A stretch of 64,000 nucleotides of DNA from Nitrospirota bacterium (GTDB lineage Bacteria > Nitrospirota > UBA9217). A program made the translations under genes and the position numbers. Shown one piece after another: positions 18,991 through 29,598 of this stretch. The stretch is from positions 2,272,001 through 2,336,000 of the forward strand of contig CAVTRN010000002.1 of assembly GCA_963737155.1 (NCBI GenBank), written 5' to 3'. The first letter of the stretch is position 1, and each line of letters opens with the position of its first letter. A model generated the notes under the pieces. That model did no database searches. It was given only the letters and a program-made list of their open reading frames with translations, and was not told the DNA's origin.

Positions 18991-20265
18991 TTATATATCC
19001 CACCCCTTATCGGAGCGTTCGGGATAAATGAATGATGCGTCTTGTTCCTCTCGAATCTCATGCGATGATACGTCCTCAATCATGAAATGGAGCCGGGATA
19101 CTCGATATTGCAGATTCTTTCTCAAGGCTAAGACGTAAACTTTCGCCTTCATTACGCTGTTCGGAGGTATGAAAAAGGGGTTCTTTGCAATATGCAGTTC
19201 CGCGTCCTTAATACCCAATATGCTCAACTGATAAATTGCAGGTTCGAGACTCCGATTTTCAACAATCAGTGAATATACGTTTATCATGCTTTCCTTTTGA
19301 GCGATTTGAGCTATCGGTTGAGGTTCATCGCGGAATACCCAAAATGCCATAGGGATGCGAATATAGACCTGGTACGCAAAAAGCATCGCTATAATTCCAA
19401 AGGCAGCGGCAAGTCCCACCACGCGGGCGCGCGTTCCTTTTTCAGGACCGGATTCCCGAACATACCTAATGAGCGACACTTTATTTCTCGTTTTCATAAT
19501 ACCGCTGCAAGCATCGATACACTCCGCACAATTGATGCATTCAATCTGCAGTCCCTGTCGAATATCAACTCCAGCAGGGCAGGCCCGCACACAGGCCTCG
19601 CAGTCGCTACAGTCTTTGGCAAGGGCCCGTTCGAATGCAATGGTTAGTGTTTTTTTATCAAAGAAAGCACCTTGAAATTGCGCGTAGGGGCAGACCGAAC
19701 CGCAAAAATTATTGCGAACGAATGCGATGTCCAAATAGATAAGAACGGCAAAAAAAGCCCATATTCCCGTGGTCCAGGTACCCAGCCGCCGTGCAAATAT
19801 ATCGGAGGCCATTTCATAAGGGGAGACAAAGTACCAGATCAGGCTTAGCGAAACGATTGTCGAAAAGAGGAAAAGAAGGGATTGTGAGATTGCGGCTCGC
19901 AAGAAACGTCGGCCGCTAAGCCACTCCGAAAGCATCTCTATGCGACTCGAAAACACAGACAATACCGTCTGTGGACACAGCCACCCACACCATAAACGGC
20001 CATAGAGCACGGTAAATAAAATGATTCCAATTAAAAAAAGCAGAAAAATGAGCAGAAGAAAACAGGTTTCGTTGATCCAGATAACGGAGCCAAAAAAGTA
20101 CAGTTTGAGTGACAAAACATCGAGCCTCAGTGCGCTTTCGTTCTGCACGCGCAGAAAAGGTACTCCAATCATAAGTACTGCTTCAATCCAGGCGACAACC
20201 CAACGCCGTGACCGGAATGTATTAAGCATTTTATGTGCCATTGATGGCTGTTGCATGGCGTACAT
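18991..20265 (-). CDS. CcoG/FixG/RdxA-family 4Fe-4S membrane protein
   Basis: GRLWCGWLCPQT, FCGSVCPY, two ferredoxin-type Cys motifs, C-terminal Ig-like FixG domain. Confidence 0.88.
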   Translation of the reverse strand: MYAMQQPSMAHKMLNTFRSRRWVVAWIEAVLMIGVPFLRVQNESALRLDVLSLKLYFFGSVIWINETCFLLLIFLLFLIGIILFTVLYGRLWCGWLCPQTVLSVFSSRIEMLSEWLSGRRFLRAAISQSLLFLFSTIVSLSLIWYFVSPYEMASDIFARRLGTWTTGIWAFFAVLIYLDIAFVRNNFCGSVCPYAQFQGAFFDKKTLTIAFERALAKDCSDCEACVRACPAGVDIRQGLQIECINCAECIDACSGIMKTRNKVSLIRYVRESGPEKGTRARVVGLAAAFGIIAMLFAYQVYIRIPMAFWVFRDEPQPIAQIAQKESMINVYSLIVENRSLEPAIYQLSILGIKDAELHIAKNPFFIPPNSVMKAKVYVLALRKNLQYRVSRLHFMIEDVSSHEIREEQDASFIYPERSDKGWDI

Positions 20266-21043
20266 GTTTATCCTATTATATTTTATTTTACGTCATTCCG
20301 ACTTAAAAAGCTAACCAACAGCCGAGTCTACCACGTGTTTGCATACATCATGTTTTCTAATAGAAGTCTTAAAGGCTTTTGCTCTTCGACTGGCTACAAG
20401 CAACAGGAACGACTTGGCAAGATTTTCTCCGGATTTTACTCTTCCATTATGTCGATGATTTTAGTTCAGCCTTTCCTAGGGGCAGGTAAAGAAGGATGAT
20501 TGGATTACCGCAGGAGGACCAAATCGGCAAAATGTGCCGTACCGTGTCTCGACGCTTTGTTGGAAGGGTAAGATTTCAGCGAACCGAAGAAAGGATTCAC
20601 CTCGCGAAATATCCCTTTTTTTAGCTCAAGGTGATATAGTGTGGGCAAGTCAATATGGCTGTAAATCTATTTTAAGGGGGGTAGTCTGTTAGCTCCACCT
20701 GTCTTGCTTTTTACTCAAGTCATAGCTCAAAGTTCATAGCCGAAGCACTTTAGCTTCAATGTTTGGACTACATCGCTGGGAGCAATGTTGAATAAAACTC
20801 TAGGAAAGTATCGGGGAAACCTAGTCTTTCGTAGGTTGTCTAGCAATCTATTTTGGCAACATTGGACATGCAAAGCATACATGCAAGGTAAAATACCTCG
20901 ATGGACCAAACATAGCTGATTTTAGCGACATGGCAATCTTACTTTTTCAATGGATCCCAAACATTGACCTTGTTTCGTTTCCCTGTCAAATGATCGTTTA
21001 TAAAATTATAGAATGCATCAAACCATAGTTCCGTGACAAGAGC

Positions 21044-21448
21044 TCAATTTTTTCTCACAAGGTCTTCGAAACTTGTTTTTTTCAATATTTCCACAATTTT
21101 GGCCTGAACAGTCATCCACAACACGTGAGACGGACAATTCTTTGAATAAACGCAATTCTTCTTGTCCGCAGTACAAATATTCAACGCAAGTTTACCTTCA
21201 ATGGCTTCGAGTACGTCAAGTGCAGAAATGTCACGGGATGGTTTTGCCAGAGAGAATCCACCCTTAACACCTCGATAGGATCTAACTATCTTTGCCTTTA
21301 CCAGTTTTTGAAGAATTTTTGCAAGAAAAGTCCGCGGTATCTGATATTCATCAGCTATTTCTGCGATAAAGCTTACTTTTGTATACGGTTGCCGGGCCAA
21401 GTATAGAACGCTTCGGATTCCGTAATCTCCTTCGCGTGTCACATGCAT
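21044..21448 (-). CDS. Rrf2-family transcriptional regulator (3 Cys + His)
   Basis: FLAKILQKL, SYRGVKGGFSLAK, C-X6-C-X5-C-PSH. Confidence 0.92.
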   Translation of the reverse strand: MHVTREGDYGIRSVLYLARQPYTKVSFIAEIADEYQIPRTFLAKILQKLVKAKIVRSYRGVKGGFSLAKPSRDISALDVLEAIEGKLALNICTADKKNCVYSKNCPSHVLWMTVQAKIVEILKKTSFEDLVRKN

Positions 21449-21504
21449 AAATTAAATTATATCGGACCTTATTTTATTGTCAAGGAGGACTGTCCATTTA
21501 TTTG

Positions 21505-21890
21505 ATCGCGGCAGGGACGTTCGCTAGCGGACGTCCCCCTCAGGATCCGTACGAGAAGCAATACTCCACACGGTTCTTACCTCGGGTAATTCATGCGAAG
21601 CCTTTGGCACGATAAGGGGATCCATGTCCGTATCACGCATTTCATACGATTTCACGTTAGATTTCTAGCCTTGTGACAGTGTCGCCTTAATGCGAAGAGC
21701 CATTCCTTGATTATCTCCGTGCTTGACGCATCAACTGCCGTTTTGTTTCCGTGCATAGTGAAGTAGTTGAAATGAACCTGTGCTACTGACTTGAACCATT
21801 TACCAAGCGCAGGCATCTGCCCACGTATGCATCGAATAATCTCTTTTCTCGCTTCTTTCAGCTTTGCCGGGAGACGTTTGACAATTGCCT
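21505..21890 (-). mobile_element. Group II intron 3' remnant (maturase X-domain pseudogene plus domains V and VI)
   Basis: Minus strand: gaaccgtgtggagtattgcttctcgtacggatcc (DV-like), gggggacgtccgctagcgaacgtccctgccgcgAT (DVI-like, AY end); broken translation KRLPAKLKEAR..GKWFKSV..FNYF..GN..WLFALRRHCHKARNLT. Confidence 0.8.
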
Positions 21891-22190
21891 AAAACTCCGG
21901 AAACTTTATCGGATTGGTTTTGTCGAACGCTTCCTGAATCGCCTGGTTGAGGTCCATACGCTATTGCTTCAATACCTGAGCCGGAATTTCAATAGAAGAG
22001 GGAACTCCCTTCCCATTCAGGAACGGGTTGATAAATATCAAATCCAGACTGGCGCCATTCCCCTATGTCTAATCGGTCTTTTTGAAGAGCAAGAATCTTA
22101 TTCCAAACAAACCGGCCGCAGCCCGTGAATTTTCAAAAAGAGCGTCTTAACGTCATCGAGCTAATGCCGAAGTTTGATTTTATAGACCTT
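21890..22190 (-). pseudogene. tnpB: TnpB N-terminal fragment (IS200/IS605)
   Basis: Broken translation YKIKL..GCGRFVWNKILALQKDRL..AQVLKQ*RMDLNQAIQEAFDK..KFPEF; divergent from the tnpA remnant. Confidence 0.75.
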
Positions 22191-22219
22191 GCAAATAACC
22201 GTATCTTGTTATATAATTG

Positions 22220-22630
22220 GTCTATAAAAAATTAAAACAAAACGTAGTAAGGCAGGCATTGTATATTCAATTTTAATTTTCAATTGGTCTTTGACACAAA
22301 GAATCGACAGCAAATATTCCTGATAAAACATTTTGATACACTGAAATCCATGTTTTCAGAAGTTTGCCGGAATTTCGAAGCTGAACTAATTGAATTAGAT
22401 GGTGTGCGCACCATGTTCATCTTATTGTTAGCTACCAGCCCAAAACACCATTCGTAAAAATAGTAAACAGCCTTAAAGGAATCTCTTCTCGATTAATGAA
22501 TAAAAGCATCCTGATCTCATTAATCATTACTTCAAGGGTTTTTTGGTCGCCCAGTTACTTCGCTGCATGCTGTGGTGGCGCCCCACAAGAGATTATTAAG
22601 CTAATCATCGAGCAGCGAAGAACACCCCTC
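22220..22630 (+). pseudogene. tnpA: IS200-type HUH/Y1 transposase pseudogene
   Basis: Broken translation GRHCIF..LVFDTKNR..VCRNFEAELIELDG..HVHLIVSY..VNSLKGISSRL..FWSPSYFAACCGGAP. Confidence 0.85.
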
Positions 22631-22823
22631 TGGCTGTTTCGCAATCAACGCCTTTATATCCCCGGCCCGAAGGCCTAGGTTTTGCGGTGCTAGTTGATAA
22701 ATCCATCGACCCATTGAGGCCGGTTTGTAGGCGTATTGCATCAACAGCGTGTCGTCATATTTTCATTTGTATGGCCGATGATCGTAATTCCCAACAACGC
22801 CGGCTCCAAATTAAACAGAGATC

Positions 22824-23378
22824 ATGAGAGAAAGCCATCCACCACTACCAGTAAAACTTTTCATCGGCATGCTATCGTCGGAACCAAAACTGTTCACAGA
22901 GTGCACTGACATTCTCGGCCTTGAATATGGCCCCGTCGAATCCGAAAGCGATCTTTTCAGCTGGGGCAATACGGATTATTACCGCGAAGAAATGGGAGAG
23001 AACATCTTTCGAAAATTTCTCTTCTTTGAGCGGGTCATGGACCCCGGGAAACTCCCATCAGTGAAGCATTTTACCATCGATCTGGAAAAGCGGTTTGCTT
23101 TTCGTGAAAAGGATTTCCTCCGTCGCAGAATCAACATCGACCCTGGCTATGTCACGGAAGCTAAGGTCGCTCTCGCAACGACAAAAGACTTTGCCCACCG
23201 TCTTTATATCGGCGACAACCTCTACGGAGAAGTCACGCTTCGCTACAGCACAAAAGCACGGAGTTTCATCCCCCATGAATTTACCTACCCCGACTTTCGG
23301 ACAGAAGCCTATTTGACACTGTTTAACGGTGCACGGAATTCTTTGAGGTCGGCGCTGCGTAACAGATCCCGACATTGA
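22824..23378 (+). CDS. DUF4416-family protein
   Basis: TDYYREEMG, RRINIDPGY, LATTKDFAHRLYI, FTYPDFR. Confidence 0.88.
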   Translation: MRESHPPLPVKLFIGMLSSEPKLFTECTDILGLEYGPVESESDLFSWGNTDYYREEMGENIFRKFLFFERVMDPGKLPSVKHFTIDLEKRFAFREKDFLRRRINIDPGYVTEAKVALATTKDFAHRLYIGDNLYGEVTLRYSTKARSFIPHEFTYPDFRTEAYLTLFNGARNSLRSALRNRSRH

Positions 23379-23902
23379 TATACTGCAAGGAACCACTGTG
23401 GCTTCACATCAGGACGAGAGTTTTTCTCAAGTGTTCATCGAAATGTGTTGAAAAGGATTTTTTTGCCTCAATGGTTGATAGAGGGATGAATTCATACACA
23501 CCCAAGCCCTGTCTTGTTAACCGAGCATCTTCCACGAGAAGATCGCCGCATTCATGTGAATCAGAAGATAAAGCCTGAAGTATTTTCCCACCGGTCCTCG
23601 ATCATATGCCGAAGAGAAAAAGGATATTCGTAATATTCTAAGACCGCCATTTCTATGATGAACCAAGACGGCTTGATTCATAAACAGACTTCTAACATTT
23701 TGCAGGACCTCCTCTTACAAGAGTAGAGGAAGTTTAACCACTACAACGATATTGATTATGGCCCAATTATGTCTCTGTAAAAGTCATCAAGACTTCGGCA
23801 AGTCACAATTTCCAGTCCCTCCGTGGTTATTTCAAGGCCGAAACGTATCATCAAGGCAGGATCTCAGCTCCCCATGTTTATCTGCTAATTGATCTCTTGC
23901 TG

Positions 23903-24406
23903 CTACAAACCGCCGCATTCAGTAGGGTCACCTTTGATCTTTTCTATTGCGTGAGAAAGCGCTGGCAGAACCACGGCGAGATTCTCACGCACGGCCCTTG
24001 GACTACCGGGGAGGTTAACAATGAGAGTCTGCTTTCTGATGCCGGCCATGGCGCGAGATATCATGGCATTCGGAGTTTTTTTGCAGCTCTCTGCACGCAT
24101 GGCTTCGGCCATTCCGGGGAGCTCTCGCTCAATGACCTCCCGCATTGCTTCGGGGGTAACGTCCCGCGGGGACACCCCAGTCCCCCCGGTAGTAAGAATA
24201 AGATCTACCTCTCCCGCGTCACAAAGGTGCTCAAGAACTTCGACAATACGTGTTTTCTCGTCCGGCAGAATTTCATAATGGACCACTGACGCGCCGATGG
24301 CGACGATCATTTCACGAATCACACAGCCGCTTTCGTCCATTCGTTCTCCAGTGGAACCTTTGTCGCTGAGCGTAATGATTGCCGTAAGTATCCCGGGAGG
24401 AGTCAT
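23903..24406 (-). CDS. mog: Molybdopterin adenylyltransferase (MogA/MoaB family)
   Basis: ITLSDK, TTGGTGVSPRDVTPEA, VNLPGSPRAVRE. Confidence 0.9.
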   Translation of the reverse strand: MTPPGILTAIITLSDKGSTGERMDESGCVIREMIVAIGASVVHYEILPDEKTRIVEVLEHLCDAGEVDLILTTGGTGVSPRDVTPEAMREVIERELPGMAEAMRAESCKKTPNAMISRAMAGIRKQTLIVNLPGSPRAVRENLAVVLPALSHAIEKIKGDPTECGGL

Positions 24407-24439
24407 GGCACGTCCTTTTCTGAAATGTATGACGGGACT

Positions 24440-25142
24440 ATATCCCTTTGGCCTGGTGGAGAATTAATTTCACTGAGCGATACTTTGACAAGGAAATAGC
24501 AAAGACCACCAGGAGCAATTCCCGAAAAGCATCCAGTCTTAATCAAAAACGGTCTCGTCAACGTTCCCACTTGCTTCACGGCTTAACCAAAGCCCTGGTC
24601 AGCGATGAAGAGTCTCACGGCGTCTCCACGGTCATCGTGGGGGACCTCAGAGGCATTAGAGATGGCAAAGACTTGGGAAACAGGGGGAACCAGCAACTCC
24701 ACAAATGTCCGTTTGAACGGACCATCAGAATACTCACTACAAAGCCAGGCTTAAAGGTATTCGCATTGTGAAAATAGATGAGGGCCACACGAGACAAGCC
24801 TGTTATATTTGTCATGCAAAGCGAAAATCCAATCGTGTGCATCGTGGCCTCTACATTTGCAACCAACGCGGCGCCGTAATAAATGCCGACGTAAACGGAG
24901 CAATCAACATTCTGAAAAGGTATCTCCCGGGGCAAATAAATGCTTCCTGGAGTAGCGGCTGCTTGGCAGCGCCCGCGGTTAACTGGTTTGCCTGGAGAAA
25001 TACCAGGCTAGCTGCATCAGCCCATGAGCCGGGGACGTGGCAAACATCTCTGCCGCATCAGCGAACAGGATCTACAGTGGCTCTCAGCAGTTGCAAAGCC
25101 TGATTCGAGAATCCTGGGTCTTCAGACCAGTGAGGATGTCAA
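24440..25142 (+). mobile_element. tnpB: IS200/IS605 remnant A: frameshifted, 5'-truncated tnpB plus right end / omegaRNA region
   Basis: VIVGDLRGIR, QQLH, IDEGHTRQACYIC, NADVNGAINIL; terminal hairpin cctgggtcttcagaccagtgagg then TGTCAA. Confidence 0.85.
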
Positions 25143-26524
25143 GCAATAACACCGCCCACAGTGATTTCGGGGATCCGCAGCGAGGGCTGTGCATCACTCA
25201 CCGGTGATCCCTGACCGTCTTTTCCGCAGGTCCCGATTGAGAAACCAAGGTCGGAGGCTACCCTGTCGATCGCTGCCAGCACCTGAGGACCGTTTCCCGT
25301 GAGAGTTGCACCCCGGACCGGCTCCCCAATTTTTCCGTTTTCTATCTGGTATCCTTCACTTACTTCAAACACAAAATCTCCATTAACTGTGTTTACCTGA
25401 CCGCCGCCCATCTTCCTAACAAATAGCCCTTTCGGCGTTTCACGGAGAATCTCATCGGCATCGGCCTCGCCCGGCAGAATCATGGTGTTCGTCATACGCG
25501 TTATCGGGCGGTGCTTGTAGGACTCACGTCTGCCGTTGCCTGTAGAACGTGTCCCATCCTTCATTGCTGTCAATTTATCATGCATAAACGTTTTCAGCAC
25601 GCCTTTCTCAACCAGGATTGTGCGTTCTGCATCGGTCCCCTCGTCATCGAAACGGAAAGACCCTCGTTTGCCCGGGAGTGTGGCATCATCTACAACAGAC
25701 ACGAGCGGCGATGCTATTAGCTCGCCGAGCCGCTTCGAATACACAGATAAGCCCGACTGGGCAAGATCGGCTTCAAGCCCATGTCCTACTGCTTCATGGA
25801 TCATGGTCCCTCCGGCCTCAGAGGACAGGATGACCGGCATCCTCCCTGCAGGTGCCTTTCGTGCTGAGAGCATCATCACCGCCCGACGAGCCGCTTTTTC
25901 CGCTATTGCATCAAGGGCTTCCCGGTCAAACAGCTCCATCCCCGCATTGCCGCCCACTGGCTCATATCCAGTTTGGACAACATCTCCATCAGCAGCAACG
26001 ACATGAACAAGTGCAGTGAGATACAAACGCTCATCATCTGCAATCCTGCTGTCCGAAGAAGCTATCGTTACCTGCTGACGATGTTCACGGTAAGTAACCA
26101 AAGCCTGCCTTATGCGTCCATCAAGCAGACGGGCAATCCGATCCGCATTGAGCACCATCTGAACTTTATGACTCGTATCAACCGTTTCCGGCTTTTTTTC
26201 AATTCTGTAATTCACTTGCGGCTTTATTTTACATAAGTCGATTGTGGAGATATTGGCTCCACCGACTGCCGCATGCCTTACGGCATCTGCTAGTTCAAGA
26301 AGGGAAGTAGTGGTGAGGTCGTTGGTGTATGCATAGGCAGTGCGCTGTCCGAACAATAGCCGGACACCGGCGCCACAGTCGATACCGGACACTACTTTTT
26401 CCATCCGGCTGTCTTCGCAGACAAGGGAAAGCGTTGTGCTTCGTTCTACGAAGATATCAGCGTACTCTCCTCCGTTACTGAGCGCTTTTTTTAAAACTGC
26501 AGCATAGTCAATAGCAACGTTCAT
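25139..26524 (-). CDS. tldD: TldD/PmbA-family metalloprotease
   Basis: IHEAVGHGLEAD, STGNGRRES, RMTNT, GTCGKDGQ, VSDAQPSL; GGGGAG RBS. Confidence 0.93.
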   Translation of the reverse strand: MNVAIDYAAVLKKALSNGGEYADIFVERSTTLSLVCEDSRMEKVVSGIDCGAGVRLLFGQRTAYAYTNDLTTTSLLELADAVRHAAVGGANISTIDLCKIKPQVNYRIEKKPETVDTSHKVQMVLNADRIARLLDGRIRQALVTYREHRQQVTIASSDSRIADDERLYLTALVHVVAADGDVVQTGYEPVGGNAGMELFDREALDAIAEKAARRAVMMLSARKAPAGRMPVILSSEAGGTMIHEAVGHGLEADLAQSGLSVYSKRLGELIASPLVSVVDDATLPGKRGSFRFDDEGTDAERTILVEKGVLKTFMHDKLTAMKDGTRSTGNGRRESYKHRPITRMTNTMILPGEADADEILRETPKGLFVRKMGGGQVNTVNGDFVFEVSEGYQIENGKIGEPVRGATLTGNGPQVLAAIDRVASDLGFSIGTCGKDGQGSPVSDAQPSLRIPEITVGGVIA

Positions 26525-26848
26525 TTTTTCTCCCCGTCGAATCAATCCGAACTGATTCGTCTAACCTTGACTTTACAACATCGACTATCCCGCGATTGAA
26601 TTCTGCGGCTGATTACAAATCTTTTGCATCTTATAGTAACAAGGCCTGCAAGTTATTTCAATTTATATTTTTAGTCATGGTATATTGCGCAACGTATCCG
26701 GTTTCAATCGTGTCCTTCAACCCCAAACAAGAATTAAAGCAACAGCCGACCAAATTCGTTCTTCTAGGCAAAGCTGCGGCCTCAACTCAGCAAACAGAAC
26801 TGAATGATTGTCAATTTCTCCGCTTTCCGGCTTCAATCCTTCTGTGCT

Positions 26849-26960
26849 TTGTTGAGTATATCATACTACTGAATTTTTTCTCGCTCAGCGGTAAGATTTT
26901 ATCTAGTTGCTTCACAACCAGCGTCTTATATCCGTGCCCTGCTGAGACGGGGGGAAATTC
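26849..26960 (-). mobile_element. Degenerate IS200/IS605 left-end remnant
   Basis: ttgttgagtatatcat..cagcggta..gttgcttcacaaccagcg..ttatatcc, similar to 3791-3916 and 22620-22700. Confidence 0.55.
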
Positions 26961-27354
26961 AATAATATTTTTTAACGGTTCCTTGTAGTATCGGGACGAG
27001 AATCCCTGCTATCAGAGGCAAATGGGTCACCTCATTAATTGATTGGTTTTACAGGAAAAATTGGCGCTCTTGCCTTGGTTGGCCCCGGAACGCATAATTG
27101 CAGGAATATCATATAATCGAGAACCGAACAAGAGGTCTCCTCTACACCACCAATATTTTTGTAGCGAAGCCGCCTTCACATATAAGGCAATTGGTGATGG
27201 GACAATCATGCCTAATGGATTTATCTCTACTGAAAAAGCCTCACATAAAGCTCGTTCTAGCTGAACCAACGCTGCGCGCTCAATTTTCCTCCAGAGAACA
27301 TCGGGTTTCCTTTTCCTCCTTGACTTCCATCCTAGGTTGGCTGTAAATTATACT

Positions 27355-29589
27355 ATGTTTCAACGTATTATCCGCACGCTTCGGAATAAGAAAATCCTTA
27401 CCCCTGCGAGGTTCATCCTTGTTCTCCTCGTTGTTCTTTCGTTCATCATCATCCTCGGCCAGTTTTTTCAGCATTCCCTGCAACAAGAGATGGCGAATCA
27501 GTTCAATCAGCAGCAGCTGTTTCTCGCCCGTGAAGTGGCGATGAATATCGAAAGTTTTACCGACCATGTATACAAAAATCTAAAAATCCTCTCACAACAG
27601 CCGGACATCGACCACATCAATGTTGACCCTCGGGTTCGTTTAGTGGCCGACTCGATAAACTTCAACCTTCGGAACCAAGCATTGGTTTCAATCCAGGTGC
27701 TTGATCGCAATGGCATTATTCTCTATGACAGTTCCTCGCCTGGCCGCGAAAAGGTTGACCTCTCGAAAACAGATTATTTTGAAAAAGCGCGGGTGCTCCC
27801 CAAAAATGAAAAGCTGATCACTGATCTTTTCGACTCCCCCGATGCACATCGCGGTGGCAAGGAATTCATTGTGGCCGTTCCTGTCTACCAGCAGCGAAAG
27901 GAGCGAAAACTTCAAGTATTCACAGGCATCGTGCTTGCCGTCCTTTCGATGGATGGCATCACGGAACAGTACCTTTTCCCCATCAAATCAGGAACACAGG
28001 GCTACGCTTGGATGATGGATAGCGAAGGCACGCTGCTCTATCATCCCACAAAACCCGAGATGGTCGGAAGGAATCTTTACCAAACCGACAGAACCTGTTT
28101 CCAGTGCCACAAGTCATTCAACAGCGAAAAAAAAATGATCGAGGGCAAAGAGGACACGTCCGGCTACTACCAGGCACCGGGCGGAGAAAGCAAGCTTGCA
28201 TCGTTTTATAAATTTCCGATTGCTCGAAAATCCTGGATCGTAGTTGTTTCTGCGCCTTACTCTGATGTAATCAGCCTCATGCAAAAAAGCAGACTTTTCT
28301 ATTCCCTTCTGATTATTTCCATTTTTGTTACAACCCTTGTGGTATCCGCCGTTTCCATTGTAACGTATAAAAACAAGATTAAGGCTGAAGAAAAAGCAAA
28401 GCATCTCGAAAACCACCGCCGTCTGGAGCAGGAGATTGAGATAACAAAAGACTATCTGGAGAATATCATCGAAAACACCCAGACAAACTTCATGGTCCTC
28501 GATAGGGGCCTTAATGTCAAAAGCGTGAACACCGCCCAGGCGCATACCCTCGGCCGATCGAAACAGGATATGATCGGCAAGCCTTTTTTCTCGCTCTTTG
28601 CCCATGAACTGGCGCCCTATGACGGCATCTCCATAGGCACCATCCTTCAAAAAACGCTCGTTGGCCAGAGCATCGAGATCAGAGACTATCCCATCGTGGG
28701 GTTGCATGAATTCCCGGTCTATTTTACCATGAACATCAATCCACTCCTGATCGACGGGAAAGAACCGGGGATTCTTATCACGAGCAACGACGTGACCAAA
28801 CGGGTCCAGCTCGAAGAGGCACTCAAGCAATATACGGTCGAACTCGAGCACAAAGTAGACCGGGGAACCGCCACAACGAAAAAACTGGAACAGCAGGTTC
28901 TCCATTCCGAGAAGCTCGCCGCACTCGGAAGACTCGCCGCAGGCGTAGCCCATGAGATAGGAAATCCACTTACATCTATATCCACCTTCGCACAATTGCT
29001 CCGGGAGATGTCACAGGACGAATTTACACAGAATAGCTTGGACATCATCAACAATCATATCCAAAGAATTACGGACATCGTCCGCCGCATGGCCACCTTT
29101 TCCCGCGCTGACTCCTTGAACATCAAGGAGGTCAATCTAAACAAGGTCCTGAATTCCGCCCTCGAATTGATGCGGCTCGATAAACGCATGAAAAGTTACA
29201 TTAAAATCGCTGTCGCGCTTGACCCCGATCTGCCCATGGTCATGATTGATGAAGGTCAGATATCCCAGGTATTCATCAACATCATCCTCAATGCCTTCGA
29301 CGCCATGCCGAATGGGGGGACCCTTCACGTTGGTACACGGAGGGGTGGAGACGACAAGGGCCGGGAAATCGTCATCATGTCCTTCGCCGACACCGGCATC
29401 GGGATCCCGCCTATGGAACTGCAGAAGATTTACGATCCCTTTTTCACGACCAAGGAGGCGGGCAAGGGTACGGGCCTCGGACTTTCTTTGAGCTACGAAA
29501 TTATTACGCGGTTCAAAGGCGATATTAATGTTTCCAGCGAAGTCGGAAAAGGCACCGTTTTTACGATTCTCTTGCCGATTAAACAGTGA
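27355..29589 (+). CDS. Sensor histidine kinase: periplasmic Cache domain with c-type heme motif, PAS, HisKA, HATPase
   Basis: 2 TM helices; CFQCH between them; AGVAHEIGNPL, NAFDAM, DTGIGI, FFTTK, GTGLGL. Confidence 0.92.
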   Translation: MFQRIIRTLRNKKILTPARFILVLLVVLSFIIILGQFFQHSLQQEMANQFNQQQLFLAREVAMNIESFTDHVYKNLKILSQQPDIDHINVDPRVRLVADSINFNLRNQALVSIQVLDRNGIILYDSSSPGREKVDLSKTDYFEKARVLPKNEKLITDLFDSPDAHRGGKEFIVAVPVYQQRKERKLQVFTGIVLAVLSMDGITEQYLFPIKSGTQGYAWMMDSEGTLLYHPTKPEMVGRNLYQTDRTCFQCHKSFNSEKKMIEGKEDTSGYYQAPGGESKLASFYKFPIARKSWIVVVSAPYSDVISLMQKSRLFYSLLIISIFVTTLVVSAVSIVTYKNKIKAEEKAKHLENHRRLEQEIEITKDYLENIIENTQTNFMVLDRGLNVKSVNTAQAHTLGRSKQDMIGKPFFSLFAHELAPYDGISIGTILQKTLVGQSIEIRDYPIVGLHEFPVYFTMNINPLLIDGKEPGILITSNDVTKRVQLEEALKQYTVELEHKVDRGTATTKKLEQQVLHSEKLAALGRLAAGVAHEIGNPLTSISTFAQLLREMSQDEFTQNSLDIINNHIQRITDIVRRMATFSRADSLNIKEVNLNKVLNSALELMRLDKRMKSYIKIAVALDPDLPMVMIDEGQISQVFINIILNAFDAMPNGGTLHVGTRRGGDDKGREIVIMSFADTGIGIPPMELQKIYDPFFTTKEAGKGTGLGLSLSYEIITRFKGDINVSSEVGKGTVFTILLPIKQ

Positions 29590-29598
29590 GGAGCACCT

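Larger units (their letters stand above)
21890..22700 (-). mobile_element. Truncated IS200/IS605 (IS609-like) element with divergent tnpA and tnpB
   Basis: Left-end hairpin ccccggcccgaaggcctagg followed by ATAA (TTAT on the minus strand) at ~22697-22700; right part missing. Confidence 0.75.

Noticed and set aside
20340-20630. Possible Crp/Fnr-family pseudogene upstream of the ccoG-like gene
   Set aside because: Only vague similarity by eye; needs a frameshift-aware search
23375-23710. Minus-strand ORF with RBS and an early in-frame TGA (selenoprotein?)
   Set aside because: No redox-motif context or SECIS-like hairpin recognised, and a further stop follows; probably a decayed gene
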